Assembly: GCA_023264635.1 (NCBI GenBank)
Contig: JAHFLT010000006.1
Coordinates: 56,518-65,729, forward strand
Reading direction: 5' to 3'
DNA: 9,212 nt
Origin: Candidatus Woesearchaeota archaeon
GTDB lineage: Archaea; Nanobdellota; Nanobdellia; Woesearchaeales; JAGVYF01
Shown here: positions 1-5,379 of the stretch, in pieces
Layout: the number at the start of each line of letters is the position of its first letter
Numbering within the stretch: the first letter of the stretch is position 1
The notes under the pieces: model-generated
What the model was told of the DNA's origin: nothing
The model's input: only the letters and a program-made list of their open reading frames with translations
The model's database searches: none
Translations under genes and position numbers: made by a program

Positions 1-305
1 GGCTTTTTGTGAAGAAGTGCGAGTACGCGGGCAGCAAAAGTACCAACGGTAAGGCAATTGCCAATCCCCGGACCTTGGGAAAATGCAATAATGTCTATAT
101 CCTTAAGTGACTTATCAGCTTTCTCAAGAGCTTTTTTGATGACTATGTCACAAACATTCACATGGTGGTCTGCTACTTCTGCCGGGATCATACCACCTTC
201 TTCTGTCTGCAAAGCATCCTTTACATTGGCTAAGACAGTACCTTTATCATCTACAATTCCTACGCCGAACGTGTGGGCCGTTGTTTCTATTCCTAAACAT
301 AACAT
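1..305 (-). CDS. kae1: Kae1-type tRNA N6-adenosine threonylcarbamoyltransferase, N-terminal ~101 aa; the gene continues past the left edge of the window
   Basis: Seen: my reverse-strand translation from the ATG at 305..303 gives MLCLGIETTAHTFGVGIVDDKGTVLANVKDALQTEEGGMIPAEVADHHVNVCDIVIKKALEKADKSLKDIDIIAFSQGPGIGNCLTVGTFAARVLALLHKK, open to position 1. It is absent from the ORF track because it has no in-window stop. Known: GIE-x-TAHT-x-G-x-GIV, GG-x-x-P-x-E-x-A-x-HH and IAFSQGPG are Kae1/OSGEP signatures, whereas bacterial TsaD has SCDET and YTAGPG at these positions. The + strand ORF 58..327 is its antisense shadow. Confidence 0.85.
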   Translation of the reverse strand, partial: MLCLGIETTAHTFGVGIVDDKGTVLANVKDALQTEEGGMIPAEVADHHVNVCDIVIKKALEKADKSLKDIDIIAFSQGPGIGNCLTVGTFAARVLALLHKK

Positions 306-327
306 CTCCTGGTGGAGTTTCGATTGA

Positions 328-335
328 CTTTTAAA
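328..335 (-). promoter_or_regulatory. candidate archaeal TATA box (minus-strand TTTAAAAG) for kae1
   Basis: Seen: the minus strand reads TTTAAAAG, with 22 nt between the box and the kae1 ATG at 305. Known: archaeal TATA boxes are centred about 26-27 nt upstream of the transcription start. Inference: the mRNA is leaderless or nearly so. There are no TSS data. Confidence 0.45.
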
Positions 336-350
336 CAATAGCATTCCGCC

Positions 351-379
351 AGTTGCAAAAAGAGTGCGCTAGTTGCAAA
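351..379. repeat. two perfect copies of AGTTGCAAA (351..359 and 371..379) with a 20-bp period
   Basis: Seen: ccAGTTGCAAAaagagtgcgctAGTTGCAAAg. Each copy contains the palindromic hexamer TTGCAA. The repeats sit in a locally GC-richer island, between the oligo-T tracts of the upstream gene and the kae1 TATA box. Confidence 0.6.
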
Positions 380-410
380 GCTAGTGGTCTATTTCTGGCA
401 TATGAAAGTA

Positions 411-447
411 TAAAAAAATAAGTAAAAACTAAAAGAATAAAAAATAT
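411..447 (-). terminator. oligo-T termination region downstream of the 222-aa membrane protein gene
   Basis: Seen: directly 3' of the TAA stop (450..448) the minus strand reads ATATTTTTTATTCTTTTAGTTTTTACTTATTTTTTTA, giving T6, T4, T5 and T7 runs. Known: oligo-T tracts act as intrinsic termination signals for archaeal RNA polymerase. Confidence 0.5.
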
Positions 448-1116
448 TTACAACATCTTCTTTATCTTTTTGAGCTGTACAGCTGCCTCTTCCTTGAGTG
501 CAAGGCCAAAGCCCAGACCTAGCGCAAGCGCAACAGCAAACACTACTCCTCCCACGAGAAGCAAGATTGTGCTTTCAGCCAAAGAAATAGAGATGCTTAT
601 CTGCTGCAATGCCATAATGGATGTAAATACAATTATTGCTCCCCATGTTACATCAGCAATGACACCAGCACCCTTTGCCCTTGTGGCTACTATCTGGTTA
701 CTTGCATACTCTGCGGCTACCCAGCCAAGTAAGCCCAAGACAACAGCAGCGATGAGGTTTGGAATCCACATTGCCAGATTCCTCAAAAGGCTTGAAAGCC
801 CTTCTAACCTGATTGCATCTGCAGCTGCTGGCAGGAAAAGGATGAAGACGTACCATTTTGTAAGCGTGTGTACAAAGTCACCCAGATCTAATCTACCAAT
901 GACCGATTTCAAACCAGTTTTATCAAAAAGCCATTTGTCAAGCTGTCCGCGTGCAACTAATTTTTGTACTGCATAAGCTACAAGTTGAGCCACCAGATAG
1001 CCAAACAATAAAATCACAATACCCGCAAGAAGTTTGGGTAATGCCCACACGACACTCTGTATAATCGTCTGGAGCGGATCTAGCATTGCCTCACGTGTTT
1101 CTACTAATATACTCAT
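448..1116 (-). CDS. integral membrane protein with a duplicated conserved-TM-helix motif; function unknown
   Basis: Seen: a 222-aa ORF with ATG at 1116 and TAA at 448, GAGGTGG 6 nt upstream of the ATG, and several hydrophobic segments. There is an internal duplication, LPKLLAGIVILLFGYLVAQLV versus IPNLIAAVVLGLLGWVAAEYA. Known, from memory and unverified: this pattern resembles the Pfam TM_helix (conserved TM helix) repeat found in small membrane proteins and at the N-termini of MscS-like channels. Confidence 0.75.
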   Translation of the reverse strand: MSILVETREAMLDPLQTIIQSVVWALPKLLAGIVILLFGYLVAQLVAYAVQKLVARGQLDKWLFDKTGLKSVIGRLDLGDFVHTLTKWYVFILFLPAAADAIRLEGLSSLLRNLAMWIPNLIAAVVLGLLGWVAAEYASNQIVATRAKGAGVIADVTWGAIIVFTSIMALQQISISISLAESTILLLVGGVVFAVALALGLGFGLALKEEAAVQLKKIKKML

Positions 1117-1122
1117 GATATA

Positions 1123-1129
1123 CCACCTC
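1123..1129 (-). promoter_or_regulatory. Shine-Dalgarno-like GAGGTGG for the membrane protein gene
   Basis: Seen: the minus strand reads aaaGAGGTGGtatatcATG, with a 6-nt spacer to the ATG at 1116. This is the only gene in the window with a well-placed SD-like element. Confidence 0.5.
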
Positions 1130-1140
1130 TTTTTTAGAAC

Positions 1141-1162
1141 ACTATATATCCCAGACTATATA
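1141..1162 (-). promoter_or_regulatory. two tandem TATA-like elements (minus-strand TATATAGT twice, plus-strand ACTATATA at 1141..1148 and 1155..1162)
   Basis: Seen: a perfect 8-mer direct repeat with a 14-nt period. The proximal copy lies 24 nt from the ATG at 1116, the leaderless spacing seen at other genes here. The distal copy lies 38 nt away, which would give a leader of about 15 nt containing the GAGGTGG. I cannot tell from sequence which copy is used. Confidence 0.35.
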
Positions 1163-1215
1163 AAAGTTTATCACTATTGTGAAATGGTAATTAAGTAATA
1201 GTAATTGAGTACTAA

Positions 1216-2796
1216 TTAACCTCCTATATATTTTTCAAGGATGTATGCAGGATTTTTTTCCGGGTGAAGGAGAACAGGTGTTTGACCTAGTTTTCTCTTT
1301 ACGGATAAGACATAATCTCCGGGCAGTATGAAATCACTAAATGTGGGTGGTGTTTTGATGATCATCTCAAGATGCTTTTCTCCTACTTCACTTAAAACAT
1401 AATCTACAAAACCATACCCTAGTGAATAGTGGTGCGTTTTGTGATAGAGGAGATTGCTTCCATTACCAGATATGGCTTTCGCAACATCTGATGCATAAAT
1501 ACATCGATGATACTGCATGATGCCCCTTGCTTTGAGCGTTCTAATAGCGATATACTCCGCTAATCCCTCGTGGAAGGCACTGTCTTCCAGCCCTTTCCTA
1601 GATAGGGCATGTGACAGCAACCTTGGATTAATTGTATTAATGTAGTGGTGTGCAAATTCATGGATAGCAATATACTTTTCATTCTCGGTAAGGTCACTTC
1701 CTTCGTAATCTCCTGTTACTGTTACACTGGAGGGAGCAGAGTATAGTCCCCTAATATTCAAAAAAGCACCAAAGCCAGCGCCTGTATAGGTATAGATCAT
1801 CATCACTTGTCTTATTCCTGGTGATGATAAGAGAGGGGAGTTAGTTTCCACAATCTGTTGTAGCTCCATAGCAAGCTCATGATGTAACGCACGATATCCT
1901 GTTCTGATGCGCGGTGTACTAAACGTAATGTTGTTTTCCCTCTGCATCTTGGCGATGAGCATCGTAGATTCTGTCATGAGCTTTTGGGAAAAGTCACGCT
2001 GCTTAATGACATAATCTTTATATCCAAATGTTGTTTCAAAAAAAAGTGCTGTGCTACAGAGCGTTGCGAGGATGGACTTACCTATACTCCTTGTGCATTT
2101 GGAGAATGCCATTTGCCATTGACGCCGGGGTCTCTCCCGTATCGGGATTCCTTTCAGCCGGAGGTGTTCCCTCATGATATGCCATTTTAATCCGGGTAAT
2201 TGTTCAACTGCTTTATGAAAATCTTCTTTGGTATAACAGGAAGTTAAGACTTTTTCATCATTCGTATCAAGTCGCTCTTGTATATAATTGGCATTCTGCT
2301 TGTAAAGAAACAGAAGCATCCTCTCCAGATTGACCCGTTGTTTCGCTTGTTGTTGTTGCTGTGCCAGTGCGCGGGATGTTGCTACATATCGGTATGTATG
2401 AACACCTACCTCTTTTGCTAAGAAACCGAAAGGAACACCCATCCCCATGCTGCCGTAAAGGTAATACTCAGCCAGCGCTACAAGGGGCAGCACACCCCAT
2501 AAGCGCAGATAGGGAAAATCGTTTTGTAGGAATCCTGTAAAATATGCAGTTTCCTCTCTTGCTTTGATAAGCGTCTGATACCCTTTATCAGGAATTGCAG
2601 CTCTGTTGAGTATAAATTCTAATCCTGCTTGTTTACTCTCTGCAGACGAATACCCTATTGTTTGTAAGTCATTAACAAGCTCGTCGCGACTTGCAACAAG
2701 GTGCCCAGCGCGTTTTAGGAACTTCCATTTTGATTCTCCTGCAAAAGGGACTATACCCATATCATCATACCTAAGAAGTTCTTCTTTCTGTTTCAT
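1216..2796 (-). CDS. 526-aa protein with a C-terminal MA-clan (gluzincin, Peptidase_MA_2-like) zinc metallopeptidase domain and an uncharacterised N-terminal region of about 370 aa
   Basis: Seen: ATG at 2796 and TAA at 1216. HEFAH occupies residues 379-383 (nt 1648..1662) and HEGLAEY residues 409-415, so the pattern is HExxH-x26-E (E410 at nt 1567..1569). There is no N-terminal signal peptide. Known: HExxH followed by a downstream EG-x-AEY glutamate is the gluzincin zinc-binding arrangement of MA-clan peptidases. I recognise nothing in the N-terminal 370 aa. Confidence 0.8.
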   Translation of the reverse strand: MKQKEELLRYDDMGIVPFAGESKWKFLKRAGHLVASRDELVNDLQTIGYSSAESKQAGLEFILNRAAIPDKGYQTLIKAREETAYFTGFLQNDFPYLRLWGVLPLVALAEYYLYGSMGMGVPFGFLAKEVGVHTYRYVATSRALAQQQQQAKQRVNLERMLLFLYKQNANYIQERLDTNDEKVLTSCYTKEDFHKAVEQLPGLKWHIMREHLRLKGIPIRERPRRQWQMAFSKCTRSIGKSILATLCSTALFFETTFGYKDYVIKQRDFSQKLMTESTMLIAKMQRENNITFSTPRIRTGYRALHHELAMELQQIVETNSPLLSSPGIRQVMMIYTYTGAGFGAFLNIRGLYSAPSSVTVTGDYEGSDLTENEKYIAIHEFAHHYINTINPRLLSHALSRKGLEDSAFHEGLAEYIAIRTLKARGIMQYHRCIYASDVAKAISGNGSNLLYHKTHHYSLGYGFVDYVLSEVGEKHLEMIIKTPPTFSDFILPGDYVLSVKRKLGQTPVLLHPEKNPAYILEKYIGG

Positions 2797-2820
2797 GGAC
2801 GAGTAATAGAAACTATTATA

Positions 2821-2828
2821 TATTTAAA
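2821..2828 (-). promoter_or_regulatory. candidate TATA box (minus-strand TTTAAATA) for the 526-aa peptidase gene
   Basis: Seen: the minus strand reads cTTTAAATAtataatagtttctattactcgtccATG, with 24 nt between the box and the ATG at 2796 and no SD-like element. Inference: leaderless transcript. Confidence 0.5.
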
Positions 2829-2872
2829 GTAAAGATATATAGCACATATGATGTATGCTTGCAATAGTTATA

Positions 2873-2910
2873 GCAAATCTCGTTACCTATTGACCTTTTG
2901 TGAGATTTGC
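2873..2910. repeat. perfect 9-bp inverted repeat GCAAATCTC (2873..2881) / GAGATTTGC (2902..2910) with a 20-nt spacer
   Basis: Seen: read directly from the sequence. It lies in the 174-nt AT-rich spacer between the EndoIII-like stop (2971) and the peptidase TATA box (2821..2828). It could form a 9-bp stem on either strand. Confidence 0.6.
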
Positions 2911-2913
2911 CAG

Positions 2914-2931
2914 AATAGTAAAAATAGTAAA
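2914..2931 (-). terminator. possible weak oligo-T terminator within a tandem 9-mer duplication (plus-strand AATAGTAAA twice)
   Basis: Seen: 40-55 nt downstream of the EndoIII-like stop the minus strand reads cacTTTACTATTTTTACTATTctgg, containing a T5 run. The tract is weak, so read-through into the next gene is possible. Confidence 0.3.
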
Positions 2932-2970
2932 GTGCTTATCTACACGTTTCATTATTTCAGCACTTTATTA

Positions 2971-3651
2971 TTACACAAGCTTCTTGCACGTGTCTGAGAA
3001 AATGCATGTCTCACAAACTGGTCTTTTCCTGCATGCCTTTTTGGTATGCTTCACAAGCAGTGCATGGTACTCCTTGAATAGTATTGTATCTTTTGGAAGC
3101 ATTGAATGGAAAAGGTTTTGCCATGTTTCATATGAACCGTTTTCTGGAAGGTAACCCATACGTGAGAAAATTCTTCTCGTATAAGCATCTATCACAAAGA
3201 CAGGTTTTTCAGCTGCATATAAGAGAATAGAGTCTGCAGTTTCTGGACCAACTCCTTGGAGCGCAAGGAGTTTTGTTCGTAGCATTGTTGTTTCTTCTTG
3301 GGTAATGTCTGTTGTTGTAAAAAATTCTGCCAAAGTCATTAGCCTTTCTGCCTTCTGGTTGAAGTAGCCAGCTGGACGAATGAGTAATGCAAGTTTTTCT
3401 TTTTGTAGCTTTAGTATTTTTTCCGGTGTCAACACATTCTTCGCGTGCAGTGCGATAAGGGCTTTCTCTGCGTTTGTCCATGCAGTGTTCTGTGTAAGGA
3501 TAGCGCCTATGGCAATTTCAAAGCGATGGCGTTGGAGCGTGATTTTTACTCCATAATGTGGTTTGTTTTCTCCTTCAGGCGTTACTGGCCACCAGCCTTG
3601 AGGACCATACGCTTTATGTAGAATGCGGAATGTTTGCAGGAGTTTGTTCAT
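2971..3651 (-). CDS. Endonuclease III-like HhH-GPD DNA glycosylase family protein with a 4-Cys FeS loop; 226 aa from ATG 3651, with an alternative GTG start at 3702
   Basis: Seen: a helix-hairpin-helix LLALQGVGPETADSILLYA, Asp in VIDAYTRRI 18 residues after the position matching E. coli Nth K120, and a C-terminal C-x5-C-x2-C-x5-C (CRKRPVCETCIFSDTC, nt 2986..3033). The N-terminus MNKLLQTFRILHKAYGPQGWWP looks like a native start. The ORF-track start at 3702 is a GTG that adds 17 residues. Known: the HhH-GPD fold plus a [4Fe-4S] loop defines the Nth/MutY superfamily. Confidence 0.8.
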   Translation of the reverse strand: MNKLLQTFRILHKAYGPQGWWPVTPEGENKPHYGVKITLQRHRFEIAIGAILTQNTAWTNAEKALIALHAKNVLTPEKILKLQKEKLALLIRPAGYFNQKAERLMTLAEFFTTTDITQEETTMLRTKLLALQGVGPETADSILLYAAEKPVFVIDAYTRRIFSRMGYLPENGSYETWQNLFHSMLPKDTILFKEYHALLVKHTKKACRKRPVCETCIFSDTCKKLV

Positions 3652-3705
3652 TGTGTTTCTGTATTGTCTAAGGTAATTGTATCTCCCCTTTTTCTGTATC
3701 ACTAT

Positions 3706-5379
3706 CTAATTTAGAACAATGAGGGGCATGCTGCAACACCATTCCTTTTCTCCAGTTGGTGCATAGCAAGAAGCTATTGCTCCGGTCTTAATAGGGTTTT
3801 CTAACGTAGCTGCTCTGCCATCAGCTTCTACCATAAGTCTTCCATTAGTATTCGTAGACCATTTTAGGGCAGGGCATTCTCCTACTGTTCCTGCTGCTGT
3901 TGTACAGGTGGGAGCAAATGTTTTCTTTTCATTTGTTTTCACTCTTGCTACCCCACTGTTTGAACTGTAATAGCAAGTAACAGGTCCCATTGCCGGGAGT
4001 GGCAATCTAAAATATTTGCTTTGCGGGAATTGAGCTCTACATGGCAATATCAAGAATCCATTTCCTTCTTTTACCGTTTCATAAGGGATACGAATTACAT
4101 CCTTTCGCTCAAGGAGTTCATTAGATGTTTGATAGAGTACATCTTGATTTTCAACTCGAGAGTAGCCAATGATTATACCTTTTACAGAGAATAAACCATC
4201 TATTTGTGCTTTGATATACTCTTTGTTATTGTACCTAACTCTAGTATCATCTGTGCGACATGATGGTTGAGAGAGTGGTTCTTGTACAAACAAAACATAT
4301 CCCTTTCCTGCAGTCAATATTGTTTCTGATGTTATTTCGTGTACTTTCCATTGTCCATTAGAAAAGGAGTATAGTTTTTCAATATAATGTTTGGCTGTTC
4401 CAAGTGTATACCCCCTGTTGTCTATCGTTACAGGTACATCTTTTAGCGGAGTATCTTTTGTTATACGTAGACCATTCCAACCAAATCTCAAAGAGACTGG
4501 TTTTTGTTCTGAAAGGGGAATATTAACAGTCCCGTCACTTGCAGCGTCTAAAAAGTAAGCTCCCATTTCGAATTCTTCTCCGGTAAACTTTTCCCACACG
4601 CCCTCTTTGAATGTGAAAATTGCCGGCTGCAGTGTTCCTAAAACAGCTCGTACCTTTGTCTTTTCTGAAAATCCAAGCAGATTCCAGCCAGCAGATATTT
4701 TCATTGGTACTGGACAGCTTGTGCCTGCTTTTACTTTACCACTACAGCACTTTTGAGTACAATAAGCAGGTGGATCTGTTACACAATCTAATTCCTTTCC
4801 TTGTGATGCTATAACGCAGGGATGCAAGAATGTTTCTATTTCCTCTTCAGGAGTAATAGGTTTTCCTTGGAGTAGTTTAATAATTGGTCCAGCTTCGCCT
4901 TGTTTGCAATCTTCTGGGCAGATATCATGTTCTTCTCTTTGTTCACACCTCCCATTTTGATTGCATAATGCAAATTGTGTGACATCTATGCTCTTGATTA
5001 GTTTGCCATCTGGATCAGATACCTCAATTGTTTTGCCTTCTGGATAATAGGGGATAAGCTCAATGTGATCGAAGTCATCTTGGGGGATGTATCCGCCCCA
5101 TTTATTCATTTTGTCAGGAAAAACTTCAATGAGTGTTGGAATACTAAAATAGGTAAAAAATAGTTCTCTCCCATTATTGTCTAAAATGACCAAATGAAAT
5201 CCTTTCTTTTCCGTGTTCGCTCCTGGCGCATATCCAAAGGTAGCCTTGGCAGTAGCGGTAGTTATTTTTCCAGTTACATAATGCATTGTTACAAAATAAG
5301 ATTTATCTGGTAAGGGGATAGCATACACTATATCGATGCACAGTAAAAAGATAATAATTAATGCAGTAGTTTTATTCAT
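3706..5379 (-). CDS. 557-aa secreted protein of unknown function (signal peptide, Cys-knot motif, tandem GWN repeats)
   Basis: Seen: ATG at 5379 within an ATGA overlap with the upstream stop, and TAG at 3706. The N-terminal signal-like sequence is MNKTTALIIIFLLCIDIVYA. CNQNGRCEQREEHDICPEDC (nt 4909..4965) gives C-x5-C-x8-C-x3-C. Two related segments begin ISAGWNLLGF and LRFGWNGLRI. Cys pairs occur near the C-terminus, and there is no C-terminal TM or sorting-signal-like tail. I recognise no catalytic motif. Confidence 0.8.
   Translation of the reverse strand: MNKTTALIIIFLLCIDIVYAIPLPDKSYFVTMHYVTGKITTATAKATFGYAPGANTEKKGFHLVILDNNGRELFFTYFSIPTLIEVFPDKMNKWGGYIPQDDFDHIELIPYYPEGKTIEVSDPDGKLIKSIDVTQFALCNQNGRCEQREEHDICPEDCKQGEAGPIIKLLQGKPITPEEEIETFLHPCVIASQGKELDCVTDPPAYCTQKCCSGKVKAGTSCPVPMKISAGWNLLGFSEKTKVRAVLGTLQPAIFTFKEGVWEKFTGEEFEMGAYFLDAASDGTVNIPLSEQKPVSLRFGWNGLRITKDTPLKDVPVTIDNRGYTLGTAKHYIEKLYSFSNGQWKVHEITSETILTAGKGYVLFVQEPLSQPSCRTDDTRVRYNNKEYIKAQIDGLFSVKGIIIGYSRVENQDVLYQTSNELLERKDVIRIPYETVKEGNGFLILPCRAQFPQSKYFRLPLPAMGPVTCYYSSNSGVARVKTNEKKTFAPTCTTAAGTVGECPALKWSTNTNGRLMVEADGRAATLENPIKTGAIASCYAPTGEKEWCCSMPLIVLN

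Noticed and set aside
58-327. 89-aa + strand ORF from the track
   Set aside because: It starts at a TTG and lies entirely antisense to the strongly supported kae1 N-terminus on the minus strand. It has no motif or promoter context.
470-976. 168-aa + strand ORF inside the membrane protein gene
   Set aside because: It is an antisense shadow of a hydrophobic-protein gene. The Ala/Ser/Thr/Pro-rich translation is typical of such artefacts, and there are no upstream expression signals.
2038-2045. A8 homopolymers on the + strand (T8 on the coding strand) at 2038..2045 and 6411..6418, considered as slippage or phase-variation tracts or intragenic terminators
   Set aside because: Both simply encode Phe-Phe in intact reading frames (LFFE and VFFR). 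Eight nt is short for phase variation, and such runs are expected in AT-rich coding sequence.
2347-2361. (TTG)4CTG trinucleotide run encoding QQQQQ in the 526-aa protein
   Set aside because: It is in-frame and short. Copy-number variation is possible, but nothing in a single sequence supports that.
2887-2952. 21-codon minus-strand mini-ORF (MKRVDKHFTIFTILANLTKGQ) in the 174-nt spacer
   Set aside because: It has no SD or TATA at appropriate spacing, runs through the oligo-T tract and one arm of the inverted repeat, and is short enough to arise by chance. It is only worth revisiting if ribosome-profiling or conservation data appear.
2900-3154. 84-aa + strand ORF spanning the intergenic region and the 3' end of the EndoIII-like gene
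   Set aside because: It starts at a GTG and most of it is antisense to the conserved FeS-loop region of the EndoIII-like gene. It has no signals or motifs.
3652-3702. 17-residue N-terminal extension of the EndoIII-like ORF from the GTG at 3702
   Set aside because: The extension (MIQKKGRYNYLRQYRNT) has no counterpart in the family as I remember it. The ATG at 3651 gives a typical distance to the GPQGWWP motif. I retain it only as an alternative start.
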